From NCBI RefSeq assembly GCF_004010195.1, contig NC_057751.1, positions 15,056,597 to 15,118,596 of the forward strand: 62,000 bases of DNA. Reading direction: 5' to 3'. Each line of letters starts with the position of its first letter. The first letter of the stretch is position 1. The position numbers were made by a program, and so were the translations under genes. Source of the DNA: Chiloscyllium plagiosum. Its lineage: Eukaryota. Positions 22,801 through 37,800 of this stretch are shown piece after piece. The notes beneath the pieces were generated by a model. It searched no databases. It had not been told where the DNA came from and saw only the letters and a program-made list of their open reading frames with translations.

Positions 22801-25800
22801 GCAAAGCCACGAGACCTGTCTCCCTTTCTCCACATTGGGTAATTGTAGATGAAGAGTGTGGGGCCGAAGTGCGTCCAAAGTTTAAGCTGCTAGCCCCTCA
22901 AAAATCTTAAAAAGGGGCTGCAAATGAATGCACTCAACATAAATGTGAAAAACTGTCTCCTGCAGACCACAGAACATGCACGTGGTCTGGCACCCAGTGA
23001 ACTTGCTGAACCAACAATTGCATGGGACCAATGCATGCAGCACTCTTCACCCCAGATCCCCAGTGTAAGAGGGGAAGAACACTTTGTCGAGGGCCCTCCA
23101 CTGATCTCCATCACCGGAGGAGCCAAGGTCATGCCAAGGTATGTCCAGGCAGCAGGCGAAAGAGTGGCAGTGCAGAGTGTGCAGCATCAGCCCATACAGA
23201 TAGCGCGTCTGTGCCATATGCAAGGAGGATATCCCTGAGATGGAATCACGTTGTGGGGACATCACATCATGGAGGAGGGTCCATGGTGCAGGGCCGATGT
23301 CGAGTTTCGTACCGATAGGCGTCAGTTTGCCTGAAAAGCCCATCATATGCCTGAGCTGACTTAAGTGCATGCGAGGCTCTGGGGCCGAGTGCCTTGTCCC
23401 TCAGGCTATGGATGGCTTGAGTTGCAAACCGGAGCTCGATCAATGCCCGCTTGACCAACTATGTTGACATCATCCAGTCTGCTCCTTTGTGATCTCCGAC
23501 AACTGATCATCACCTGCATCTCGAGTTCTCTCCTCCCTTAACCAGCTCAAACAGCACTCAAGGAGGAACCTGTCCCTGAGCAGTGGTTTCCGGAGGAGAG
23601 GAAGAGCTCCAGCGTGAGCCGACTCTTTCCCAGACTATGATCAGGTCTAAATAAAAGGCAATTCCTCAAAGACCAAGGCCAGGCCCACTCCATGAACAGG
23701 AACTGTCTATCGAAGCAGAGGCTGTGCACCTAATGGAAAAAATGCCATCAAGGTGCATCACCTTGGAGGAGGCTGAACATAAAGGTATCGCTCCAGGCTG
23801 TGAAGGCAGAAAGTCGCTACCTGGGTGCGAAGACACACCGGTGCCTGACAGCCCTCAACTTTTTCTGTTTCTAAAAGGATTAAGTTTTCCAAATTCCATC
23901 ACACTATTATTCTAATCCATTCTTTCGATGGAACTCTAAACTATGGAACTGCTGCAATCTTAATACTGCTTTCAGATGAGACATTAAACCAAGCCCCCAG
24001 GTGTATCAATATACACTACTTTGAAGAAGATATGGGAGTTGCCAATCCATTCAGCAGTCACTTAAAATATAGTTTTTGTTCTTTTTCACTTCACTTGCTA
24101 TTTGTTGAACTTGACTGAACAAATTGGCTCCTGCGGTCTTGCACTGCAACAATGATTGTACTTCAAAAGTGTTGTATTCAAGATAAAGCATCTTAAGATG
24201 TACGAAGTATTTCAGAGATGCTAAGGAATATTGGTGTCTTCTCTTTCTTGCTCCAATGCTTGTCATTACTGCAGATTTATTGCATCATATCTCCTTTTAA
24301 ATCTTGTGGCCCTGCATTGTGAACTTTCACTCTGCTTTTTCAATTTAAAAAGCAATTAATTTGGACAGCTAACTCGGGCTCAAATTCTCTTATGCTTTGA
24401 ATACACAATTGTAAATACAAGTATGGGGGCATTGCCATGTGAATTGTGATACTATGATGTACCTTCAATCAGGAAAACTGTTTGCAGGAATGAAAGATTA
24501 TATAAACCATGTTTCATTGGAGAAACCCTTCATAATAGATATTCAAGGACTATGTTGGCAGAATAAATATATTAAATGAACTTTGATAGATAGTTGACTG
24601 TGAAAATGTGATTTGTTTGTTCTTTGGATTATATAAATATTCAGTAATCAGTCACCTGGAGCCAAAGGAAATTCCATGCTAGCACTGTCAGGTTCCACAG
24701 TATGTCTTATTCTGTTTGCACGTTTTGTTTTGTTGCTTAGGATCATGGTAGTTGTTCAGGAAAGTGCTTCCATGAAGTAAAATAATGGACATTGAATAAA
24801 TAACTGTTGTTTGTAAAGTAAATAATTATAATATTATGAGTAATTAGAGGTTGACTGCAGTGGGAAATATGCCTGAACTCAGGTTCCTCTCTAAATTGTT
24901 TCATGACAGTCTTCTTATGTGTGTACACAAACATCAGATTTCTTGATCAAAATTAATTGGGCTGTTTCCCGCTGCACGTCTTCACACCAATACAGCCTCA
25001 CTGCCCAGCTTACTTTTCTACTTCCCTGTTCATGTTTAGTCTTTTTGCTGTGCTTTTTCTTGTGTTTATGTTGTCATTTCTACATTGAATATTCTATATT
25101 TCCTTTACAGATTCGTCAAGATGATACAAGTTCGTCGATTAACTTTTTAACGAGAGTGACTGGAATAGGGTAAACTCAAAAGACAAGAACTTCTAGTGCA
25201 GCATAATCTACCAAAATAGAGGGGATCCCCCAACCGTTGTTGCTGGACCTTGCAAAATCCACTAAGCCCTAGTTTACGGAATGATGACAAGATTGGCCTA
25301 AGTAACAAGAAATTAATTGTGCAACTCGATTAGCCGTATGAAGAAATTGAAATAACATAAAAGAAGGAGGAACATTTCCAAACTATCAATTGTGATCATG
25401 TTTCACAAAGGATAATCTAAGTTGGAAGACTGGGAGATGGTGGCATAGTAGTAATAGGCTAGTAATCTAGAGCACATGCTGTGGTGACCAGGGTTCAAAT
25501 CCCACTGTGGTAGCTAATGGAATTTAAATGAAATTTTAAAATCAGAACTGTAGTGATTGTTACAAGGTCAGTCAGATGGACCTCATAGAATACGAGTTCC
25601 CTGAACCCGGTCTGATTAGAGAGCCCTGGCTGACAGACATTCTGACACTCTGAGGGAGCTGGATCAGCGTCAAGGACTCTCCACATGTAAATAAAGGATG
25701 ACTTGGTGAGGGCACATCGGCCTCTGTGGAGTTATTTCAAGAACCTGGAATTAAAAGCTAGTCTGTGTACCATGGGACCATGAAACTACTCTCACATTGT

Positions 25801-28800
25801 CATAAAAGCTGATATAGTTCACTGTTGTCCTTCAGGGAAGACGCTCTAAGCTTCTTACTTTGTCTGGCTTTTGTATGTCTCTCGGGCCTCAGTGATGTAG
25901 TTGACTCTGAGCTTCTCTGTGATGTCGTTGAGCAAGCCACTCTGCCCAAAAGTGTTTAATGATGGATAGCAAATGCTGGCCTTGCCTTCATTTGTCTTCA
26001 TTTGTATAAATGAACTGAGTAACGAGCATGGTTTCAAGTTTGAAGATTATACAAAACTCGATAATATAGTAAATAGCAAAAAGGAAAGGAGCAAACTTCA
26101 AAAAGATGCATGTAGATCGTGAAATGAGCAGACACATGGCAGAATAAATTCTGTCTGTTTAAGGATGACGTGATGCATTTCAGACAAAACAACATGGAGA
26201 GAATTTAATCTAAATAGTGTTATTTGAAATGGGAGAGTTGGGGGACTGCACAAACAGAGGAACCCTATGTACTAATCCTTGAAGATGCCAAGGGAAGAAA
26301 GTGTATTGAAATATTTGACTTCATAATATGAGCGTTGAATACAAAAGCAAAGGAGGTCTGGTAAATCATTACAAATCACTAATCAGGCTCCAACTAGGCC
26401 ATCTGGAAAAAGAAATGGATCTAAACACCAGGTTGAACATGTTAAAGTTGAGATATTGAGGGAGTGGAGAAAGGTTTAAATGGGATTTATTTTTATTTAG
26501 CTCACAATTGGAGGATCCTAGTTCAAAGTTTGTGAGAAGGATCCCAGTGAAAGAATAATGATTTTCTCAATTAATCATCTTAGCTGTAAGGAAAACTTTG
26601 GAAGTATCAGCTTGGAAAGAGCTTTTGCAGGCAGAATCATGTGTATTTTCAGACATGCTTTGGCCTCAGAAAATTGTTCTGATACTTGTTTTCATTGTAC
26701 AGACCAGCAGCAGCACGAAAATTTGTCGAAGAGGGAATCAAAACCCTGGATGGTATGTTTCATGAGTCCCACATCATCTCTGTCAAACTAGTAAACATTT
26801 TGAGTTCAGCAAATTTATCCATTAGACGAGTTACCCATAAAAGCAACAGGTATTTGAAAATGTTCCTTTTGATTCTTTACATGTGCCTGTTAAACTTCCT
26901 GTCCAAAATACTGGATATGTATTTTGCCTGATCTGCCCTTCCTTACCCTATTTAATAATAGTTGCTATTTCCTTATGCTGTTTGTGGAAGTTTCATGCCA
27001 TTGCAATGTCATTGTATGTGTTTAAGGTGCTAAAAAAATTGATGCCTATGCATTCGTCTCCTGTGCTGATATCCTGTGGTTAAAATACATCTGCTGTTCA
27101 CTGCACGTGTATACAATATTTTATATCAGAAGAAAGTATTAATAGGAAACCTTTCGTTATATTTTTATGTTCCCCTCTCCTCTCACGGTTTGAATTTGCA
27201 GTGAATACAGATTAATAATGTTGCAAATCAAAGTGGCCGCTTGAAATCAATGAAACAGAACAGTCTGTTACGACCAGCTATCAAATGAAGGAATCATAGA
27301 ATCCATCAATGATAATCCCACTCCTCATAGCGCTGTAATATTTTTTCGTGTTCGAGTATTTATTGATCTCTGTTTTGATTGTTGATTCTGCTTTAACTGC
27401 CCTTGCAGGCAGTGCATTACAGATAATAAATCAGAGAGTAAAATATAATTTCTTAATGTTCCTGCTTGCCAATTTCCTGAACTCTCTGTCTACTAACCCT
27501 CTTGCAGGAAACAGAAATCCTTATTTATTCTGTCAAAACTGTTATGATTTGAACACCTTTTATGAAATCACCAATGAAATATTGTCAGGGATGGAAATCT
27601 AAATTGAAAACAAAAAATATGCTTTTAATATTCAGTTGGTCAGGCAGTACCTGTGAAAAGAAGCAGAGGTCATGTTTTAGAAAGAGATGACTAGCTCTGA
27701 TGAGTTGTCACCTCAACTGGAAATGTTACCTATTTTAAATCTCTTCTTAATCTTCTCTGCACTGAGTAATGTTTTTCCCAATCTTTCTGACCACTCCCCA
27801 CCATACCATTTTCATAAATCTTGTGTCATCATCTCCAAGGTCTTGATCACTCCTGAGGAGGATGTGCAGAATTGAAAACACTATTCCAACTGAGATCTGA
27901 GCAGTCTTTTACAAAGAAATGTAATTTCCCTACTTTTGTGTAGTTTTGCTATATTTAGAAATCCCAGGATCCCATATGCTTTTTAACAGTTTATTCAACG
28001 TTTTTTCCACCATCGAACACTTATGAATATGTACATTGTGTCTGTGCACTGCAAACCTTTTAAAATTATCCCTTCTCGTTTATATTGACCTTTTTCCTTC
28101 TGACCAAAATCAATCTCAAAACACTTTTCTCTGGAATACCTCAGTTTATTTTACCAGACTGTTACCATCTTAAATTCTGCTCCTGTGCTCCTCACTGTTT
28201 GCTACATTTCTGATTTTTGTATGATCTGCCAGCCTGTGCCCTTTTATACCAATATCCGTGTCAATGTATGTACAGATCTTAAAAACTGTATTTTTCATTG
28301 TGATTAATTGCCATAGATGGGGTGCAGGAATCTCGGTGTCTCCTTGGTACTCCCTGATTTTAAACTCTTGTGTTGGGTGTCAAGAGTAACTACAGTCCTA
28401 CTTTTCCAGTCAAAATAAAACTGACTTAGGACAGATGAGAACTAAACTGTGAATCCACTAGCCTCAATGGATGAGTTACAAATGATGACTTCAGCCCAAC
28501 CTGTGGTCATTAAATGTTCCTATGTTTGATATTTCAATGCAATTTATGATTTGAAATGCTATTTTTTGATTTTCTTTTAGATCTCAGAGAAAATGAACAC
28601 ATACTAAATTATCATCAGCGGATTGGTTTAAAGTAAGTTGTAGTGGAAGTAATTTTTCATGATTGGGTTGTGGTGCTGTCATTTTCAGAAGTCTGCAATT
28701 AGTCTTGTGCATTTTTCCATAGACTGCTTCAAATATAATATCATTTTTTAAAAATAGACTCTTCTTTGGGAAAATTATCTCCCTTAAAATGTTCATCACT

Positions 28801-31800
28801 TCATGTGCCAGCAGTTTAAACTAGTGTGAAATTTTAAAAGCATTCAAACATTTATGGAGAGAAAAGGCCAATTAGCCTCATTGAGTTTTGTCCTTGCACA
28901 GACCACGATGCTATTCACTTAATTTTGTTCAGAATATTGTTTCTGTGGCATTGGCAAGTATGGTTATGTTTCAGTGTTTAATGATGATCCTTGATGGAGG
29001 GAGATTATATTAATTAAGTTAACTTAGTGATACATTATGCATGACCATGATGTGTTGGAACTTTCTTAATTACTTTATAGAAATAGAGACAAATTATTTA
29101 TTTTCATAAAATGACAACAGCATTTTCCTCTTTTATTCTGGAGTTTGTTTCCCATGGAGTTGGTGTTTGAGAGAGTGACTTAAGTGGTTGGAAGGTTCGT
29201 TGGAGAGAATGAGCAATCACTGGCCTGATAAATGTTGGACTGATAAATTAAATGAGCATTCTGAGAAAAGCAATTGGAATGAGACAGTAAAGATAGCACA
29301 GCATCTCCTGCCTTTTTGGTCCCCACATGATACCCTTTAAGGAAAATAACCTGCTGAATTAGTATATTTGATGCAGCAAAAAAACAGTATTCAATACTAG
29401 AAATGCTTGATGTCTTATTTTTCGATCTGCATTTTCAAATTTATCTTTCAATTATTGCCACGTACTATGCATGTAAATTTCTCTTGACTCATTGTTATTT
29501 CAAATAGCAGAGAGATCAAATTTGATCAGATAATTCCATAGACAAATGAAGGATGTCATTTTGCTGCTTAATTTAAAAAGATATTTGCATCAATTAAGAG
29601 TTAACTCTCTCGCTGCCTTTTTTTTTAATAGGTAAAGAGAACAACTTGAATTTATTCACAAGAATTTAACCAGTCAATTAATAGACACATGTTGAATATT
29701 TTCAATGCTGAGAGTCTGCGTCTTCAGGAACTATATTGTATTGTTGTATTGGATGAAAGTACAGCCTAAATGAGCAAAAGTTCACTTCTTCACTGTTTGT
29801 TTCATGATTTTTTAAAAAGTGAAATGTGCACTGAGTGTATTTGCAGCATAATGTGCTGATAAACTTTAGTGGCAGTGGAAAAGGATCACACTAAATAACC
29901 TCAATTTGGATTGGGATTCATTGGACTTGTTGCCCTTGATTTTAAAAAAAATTGTAGTCATAATTGTCTAATTCTAGCATGTGTCAACATTTCCAGAAAT
30001 GGTTTTTTCTTGTAATTTACAGTAAAATGGGAAATTAATAAGCACTATTTGTAAAATGTTTTACAGGACCATCATCAAGCCATTTAGAAATAATTTGCAT
30101 TTTAAATATGCACTTTTAACTAACTGCTATCATTTTAATTACTGAGCAACTTGCAACCATATCTGAGGATCTGTGAGATTTGATTGCACTTTCTCGACAT
30201 CAATCTTAACTCACTGGCTATGTTGCTCTTTACAGAATACACACACATGTTATACATTTGATGATGTAAACCTGTTTTCGCAGATTAAACTTGTGTAAAA
30301 AGACTCTGAAACTAAACATTGTAAGTGAATGAACTTTGTGCTAAATGAATAGACTCCTCACTGAATTCCTATCAATGAATTTATCAGTGCTTTCACTGAT
30401 TTTTGTAGGTATTTTGAGGATTTTGAAAAGCGAATTCCTCGATGTGAGATGGTGAAAATGCAGGTAAGGCAGACAGAACTAAGTGCCAATAATGTAGTTT
30501 GCTCTGACGTTGTAAACAATGAGAGACTTTATGCGGGAGAATACATTGTAACTGCACATTTGAATCTTGATGCATGTATAGTATTTGTATGTTTGTAAAC
30601 AGATGTGGGCGGCACGGTGGCTCTGTGGCTAGCACTGCTGCCTCACAGCACCAGGGACCTGGGTTCGATTCTGACCTCGGCTGACTGCATGGATTTCCTC
30701 CGGGTGCTCTGGGATTCTATGATCTATGTTTGAGATTAGATTAGATTTCCGACAGTATGGAAACAGACCCTTTAGCCCAACAAGTCCACATCGACCCTCT
30801 GAAGAGCAACCCACCCAGACCCATTCCCCCACATTTCCCCCATACTGTGCTAATCACTGAGCCACCGTGCCGCCCCAGTATGTTGCTTCATACTGAATAC
30901 AGCCTGTCCTGGTGTTAGATTTGACTGACTGTTCTCCTTTGCCAAATAGCGGTACTTAAATTTTCACAAAGCTGCTGCCAAAAATCAGCCTTTTCTGAGT
31001 TGTAAAATAATCAAACAGTTCAGCATAGAAAGGAGCCATTCAGCACATCAAATATGTGCTGTTGTTTTTGATGTCTTAGTCAATTTAAGTTGACTTAGTT
31101 GTACTTCCTCACTCATTGCTTATATTAGAAGATCGATGACATTTTAAAAATCATTCGTTTTGTGTAAGCATTTGGCATGTCTTGGGATTCTTGAAAGGAG
31201 CTAAAGAAATGCAAATATTTATTTCTGCCCTTCCTACCTTCATTTCTTATATTTTTTTGCTCTCATTTCCCAGTATTTCTTCCATTCCTTTGTGAAAGTT
31301 ACTGTCGAGTCATTTTCCACCACTCAAACAGGCAGTAAAAGGTATTATGACACAGAGGTGAACCCTTTTGTTAATTAAACCAAGCATCCAGAAAAGCCCG
31401 CCTTGCCTCGTAAACTGTTAAAATAGGAGTGACAGAGAACTTCCAGATTCCACTATTTAAAGAAAATGACGTTAATTTATTTTTTAACTCTTTAAAAGTG
31501 AATATGAAATAACTATTCACAACACTAAGCCCCCGTCTCTGAATTGCTTACTATCTGCCTCCAACTCTATAACAAGATACTATTCCAATAATGCACTTAA
31601 TAAAATTACATCAACTTAATTTCAAAACCATACAGTCACTGTCTTCCTCTGTGTCTTCCCTCTTCCGACTAAAGATCTCCCTGGGTTGATTTATTTCTTT
31701 TTACTGCAAGTATGTTTCACATGAAAAGGTACCTTTGATCGAGAGTGTTTTCTGATTTCTATGAGAGCAAGGTGTTAGATTGGTGATTGGCTCTCTCGCT

Positions 31801-34800
31801 CTTTATGGCAGTTGCTCTCTAACCGATTTTCAAAATGTTCGCATTCTTATGCCTCCAACATTGGATTGTCTCATTGGTTCAATGTTGGCAAAACAACAAA
31901 TTCAAACTTGATTGGCTTTTAGTTTCCTGGAGCATAATTTAAACTGGTTAAATTTGAATTGTTGTTAAATAAGGCACCCAAAACTCAGCTATCCATTTTA
32001 CAGCCAAATGTTACATATATTCAATTTTCTAGTACACTCTGGGACTAACATTGAGTCATAATCACAGATGCTTGTAATCTCTCAGTTCTGAACAACAATC
32101 TCTCTCTCTCTCTCTCTCTTAATGGGACAGTACACACCTTCAAATTCATAACAAAAGAAAACAGCAGAATTAGAGCACATACCTGCAATTGCCCTCTGTC
32201 TGTTCAATGCTGCATTGTCATATCAAAATCTGAGTTCAGAATGGAGGATATAGTCAAAGGACAGTACACACCTTCAAATTCATAACAAAAGAAAACAGCA
32301 GAATTAGAGCTTTTGCAAAATTTTGCTTTTGCAGAATTAGAGCTTTTGCAGAATTAGGGCAACCTGCAATTGCCCTCTGTCTGTTCAATGCTGCATTGTC
32401 ATATCAAAATCTGAGTTCAGAATGGAGGATATAGTCAAAGACATCAGAGGAGATGCTTAGTTGGAACCAATTCTCGTAAATCACTTTGTCATTCCCCCTC
32501 CAAAGATGTTGCATCCTCCCATTTGTTTGGTGCCTAGAAATGGGTGCATTCCTCCAGCTGAGGCTAAACTTATACTCTATATTTTTTTTGCATAACATCC
32601 TGACTTTTGTACTCCATGTTGTTATTAGTAAAACAAGGATTCCATATGCTATATTAACTGTCCATAAACCCTAACAGATTGGTATGCAAATGACCTCAGG
32701 TCACTCTTTTCTCCTTTTAAGCCCTATTACCTCCTTTTCGACGTTCCCTTGACCAAGTCAACCTGACAAATCTTGTTGTGTCTCACTGTTAAATTTTATT
32801 TGATAATATTCCTGTGAGAATTATTTGAGCATTTTACTGTATGTAAGGGTAGAATATAAACAAAGTTGGAATTGTTACAACTGTGATAATTTGATTAAAG
32901 ATGTGTATGTTGCATGATATGTAAGGGGAGGCAATGGCCTACTGATATTTATCACTCGATTATTAATCCAGAGACCAAGCTAGTACAAGTAGACAACCCT
33001 TTATCCAAAATCCCGAAATCCGAAATGCTCCAAAATCCAAGGTTTTTTAGCGAAGTTTTTATCTCATTAATAAGGTTGTTTGGCATGCAAACAGTCAACC
33101 CAATTCCAAACCCACTCGTTGCATGTCACTCAGATGCGATGGGGGGGGCATGGCCCAGCACTGGCAGGCCTCAATTCTGTCTCAGGGCCCATAGTACTCA
33201 ATGTGAGTCTGCTGTTCGCTAAGATTTTTAAAAAAAAATTTCACCGTCGATCTGTTACTTATTCCGAAATTCAAAAAATTCCGAAAACCAGCTGGTCCCG
33301 AACGTTTCGGATAAAGGATTGTGCACCTGTATTTTTGTGATCTGGGTTTGAATCCTGACATGGCAGATGGTGGAATTTAAAGTCAATAAAAATCTGCAAG
33401 TGAGAGCCCAATAATGACAATGAAACCATTGTCACTTCCCCATTTGTTACAGAGTTCCCTTGAGTTAGCTACCTTCCAGGATTGATGATTCTTCTGAGTA
33501 ATTTCATGACATCATAAATTTTCTCTATGCCAGTGGAAACTATATAATTCATACTCATTTTATATGCCTGCAAATGCTCTCTCCTCACACATCTGAAGTT
33601 TGGAAGAGCACAATCCAGAATTATACTGTTAGATGTATTTCTCATATTAATTCAGATGAAATGAAAATGTCAGGTTTTCATTGCCTCACTGCTTGAATCC
33701 CTATTACAACAGAATGTGGGAAGGATTTAGTATCTCTCCCAATCTTCCCTTTTTAGTACTGATGACATTTGGAATTTACTGCTTGGGGAACAGCGAATTA
33801 AAACTTTATATCTTGAAGCATAAGCATGTTGGGGCATCTCATGTCTATCCCTCCAGTTTCTCTTTTGTGTGGATTGAAACAATTTTTTGCCTCTCTTCAC
33901 CCTTTAGGCCATTGTCCTGCGGGAAGTGGAGAAACTGGATCCAAATTATGTCGCCATCATTTGTGGCAGTTTCAGGCGAGGTTTGTACCACTTCAGTCAT
34001 TTAACTGGCAACTTCTGAGACTGGTAATTGGAAGTGCTACCAGGAATTTGCACTGAAATTATAAAGTCTGAAATGTGTGTTTTTAAAATTTTAAGTTGCA
34101 AATATTCTACGTTGCTCACCAAGAATCATTTCATCTGAGCAAATTCTGTCATTATAACTGACAAAAGTCCAGGAAAAGCTCTTTTATTCCTTTTTATCAA
34201 ATTTATGAGTATCATAATTATGTGATATAATTATGTAATAACAACACTTGGGGAGAAATAATACAATTAATAAATATTTAGGGGAAAAATGAAGCTGTGA
34301 ATGGTGTAATCTTGAAATGTAAAGGTAAATTTCTGTGAAAGTGTACCTTGTCAGTTGGCACTTGAAAGCAAGTAATTTTTTTCCTCTCTTCGAAGACCAT
34401 CATATGCAAGTTGTATAAGCATGGTATTCATTATATGCCAGAGAATTTTTTGTTTTTTTTACAGAGAATCCATTATCGCTGGTGTTTATAATGAGTACCG
34501 ATTTAAGTGTTTTAAGGGCGATTTTTTTTTGTATTTATTCACAAGATTTGAGCAATGCTAGTAAGTGATATACTTCCATATCAAGATGATCTATGATTTG
34601 GAGGCCGATTTGTTGATTGTAAATGGTCTTGGTCTGATGAGGTGTTATTAGAGTCATAGAGATGTGCAGCACAGAAACAGACCCTTCGGTCTAACCCGTC
34701 CATGCCGACCAGATATCCCAACCCAATCTAGTCCTACCTGCCAGCACCTGGTCCATATCCCTCCAAACCCTTCCTATTCATATACCCATCCAGGTGCCTT

Positions 34801-37800
34801 TTACATGTTGCAATTGTACTGGCCTCCACTACTTCCTCTGGCAGCTCATTCCAGATGATATAAGTTGGTAATACCAAAAAACCTTTGAGGACTACTACAG
34901 TTTAACTTTTAGATTGTGAAGGGATCGAATTTTGAAGGTAAAAGATGGGCTGCCAATCATATGTGCTGCTTTATCCTGGATGGTGTTGAGTTTCTTGAGT
35001 ATTGTTGAAGCTTTACTCACCCAGGCAAATGAGGAATAATCCATCACAGTTCTGACTTGTCTGTTGTAGATGGTGGACAGACTTTGATGAGTTAGGAGGT
35101 GATTTAATTGGCACAGAATTTCCAGCCTCTAGCCCGTTTCTGGAATGTAATACTTATGTGACTTGCCCAATCAAGTTTTTGGTCAGTGGTGACTCACAGG
35201 ATATTATTAGGGTGTTCAGCTATGGTAATGATGTTTAATAGCAAAGAGGAGAAGTTATCAAGCCCCTGATCATTACCTGGCACAAGTGTGATGCAGAATG
35301 TTAGATTTCACTTTTCAGTCCAAACTTATTGTTCAGGTCTTTCTGCATTTGGACATAGACTTGTTCATTTTCTGAGGAGTTGCAAATTGAACTAAACTCT
35401 ACAGTTTAAAGTCAGCATCCCCACTTCTGAAGGAATGAAACAGATGCTGATAACTGGGCCTGGGACATCATTGATGACTGCCTTCAAGGATTGAGATGGT
35501 TGGCTTTCATCAAACACAAGCACATTATTTTGTGCTCGCTATGACATGGGCCAGTGAAGAGTTTTCCTAGGGCAGTTACTTTCACCTTCGCTTGGAAAAT
35601 CAATTCTTTTCAACGTTTTTGAATGAAGGCGATAATGTGGTGAGAAATCCACTGGTCCTGGTGGAGCTCTCATAGATATTCTACAAATTCCTTTTCTTGC
35701 AATCCACTCAACCTGATTTTCACAGTCCAGCTGCATAATGATATCCCCCACGATCACTGTAACCTGTTGGACAGGGGCTGAGGCTTCTGCAACTCTACCC
35801 CTGAATCCCTCTGCTTGCCTCACTCACAGCCGCATCCTCCTATCCACAGGCCAAATTCGAGTTAGTTAGATGAAGGGGTGTGACTGTCTCCTGAAACACA
35901 GCATACAGGTAATTCTCTTCCCCCTGATGTGTTGCAATGTTTGAAGCTCAGACTCCAACTCATTGACTCTGAGCCAGAGTTCTTCCAGCAACCAACATTT
36001 ACTGCAGACATGGTCACTGGGAACTACAAAGAGGTCCATAAGCTCCCACATCATGCAGAAACACATCACCTGACCCACCATCCTTATTTTTAATTAGTTT
36101 TGAATTTGTTTTTTATTTTTAACTGTTTTTTGTGTCTCTGTTGATGAAAGTTGTGACCAATAAATTAAATTAGCAAGATTCAATTTAATACATTCAAATT
36201 TAGCAGATCCTTTATTAGCCAATCAAACCACAACCCTCATGTGACATCACTTTTCAGTTTCCCCATCAGGATCAGAATCACATCTTTTCAGGCTGTTCTG
36301 TTTGCTACCACTCAGCTCTGGTCCTGAAGTTAAGCCCCAAATCCACAAGTTAAGTTTTTATAATCTGTTACCTTCTCAGGTCATTGGCTGCATTGCATTT
36401 GTCCTGCTTTTTGTGAGCAGAGAATACCTGGGCAATTTACTGCTTTGTGTTTTTTTTTTATATTAGATTCCCTACTGTGTGGAATTAGGCCCTTCGGCCC
36501 AACAAGCCCACACCGACCTTGAAGAGTAACCCATTTCCCTCTGACTAATGCACCTAACACAATAGGCAATTTAGCATGGCCAATTCACCTGACCCCCACA
36601 TCTCTGGATTGTGGGAGGAAACCAGAGCACCCAGAGGAAACCCACACAGACACAGGGAAAATGTACAAACTCCACACAGACAGTTAAATCTGTGTAGGAT
36701 AAGCTTAGCATGAAGTTTGCCTAATTGCAGATTGCAGATTTTCATGACAACCATAGTTTTGTCAGGTCCCAAAGCTTTGCTGCATTCAATGTGTTTGGTT
36801 GTTTGTTGATATCATTTGAAACTACTCATATTGGCTGAAGGCTGACCTTGGACCACCAGTTGAAACATTTTTGTTTGAAGATGCTTGCAGGTACTACAGC
36901 CATGTTCTTTGCAGTTATATACAGAGTTTTGTTGTCATTGAGGTTTCGTCGGTGGTGGCAGTACTTGTTCATGGTGTATTCAGTTTTTAAACTTATGATA
37001 GGTCAATAATTGGGCAGTGTCATTCAACGCCATTGGCTGGTAGAGTTGTGATCAGTTGCAAAACAAAGAGAATGATTTGTTTGCGGGCAACATTCATTTT
37101 ATTACTAGCCAAAACTTTGAGATGGGGATGAGAGCTTATTGAGATCACAGTGGTCGTTTTTGTCCTGGTCAGCTAACATCTATCTGTCTTCCAGTTCTAT
37201 GCTTCATCACATTTTGAAAGTAGCAACTGCAATGCAAGTTGGAAGGATTCTCCTTCATTATTCTTTCCCTTCATGTCTGCAGGTGCTGAGTCCAGTGGTG
37301 ATATGGATATTCTTTTGACTCATCCAGACTACACTTCAGAATCATTAAAAAGGGTGAGATCTGATTAACTGAAATACCCTTTAGAAAAATTTCAACTTTG
37401 CATGTTACTGGGTGTTCTTTAAATCGGCCAAGTGGATTTTAAAACCATGAATATGATTAAAATTTTAACTGTGCAACAATTGACTTTGAAATCTTCCTCA
37501 TAGCATAAACATCAATACAGATCATGACCTGAAGTGCCTCTTTTTTTCGGCAATAAATTCTATGCAGTATCCCTCTTGTGCATTTTGTTTAGATATTTTT
37601 TTAAAGCTGAGACCATATTGCAAGTTTGCGTTAATACGTCGGAACAGAAGTAGTCCATTTGACCTTTTAAGCCTGCTCCATCATTCAGTCAGATCGTATT
37701 GTGCTTTCAGCTCCACTTGCTTGTCTGCACTTTAGTGCCCTCTAGTTTTAGTTTCTTCCAAGAGGAAATATCCTGCATGGGTGCATTCTGTCCAGTCCCC

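Noticed and set aside
32125..32440. Repeat-spacer-like pattern suggesting a CRISPR array
   Set aside because: A simple tandem duplication in a vertebrate intron; no regular unique spacers and no cas genes.
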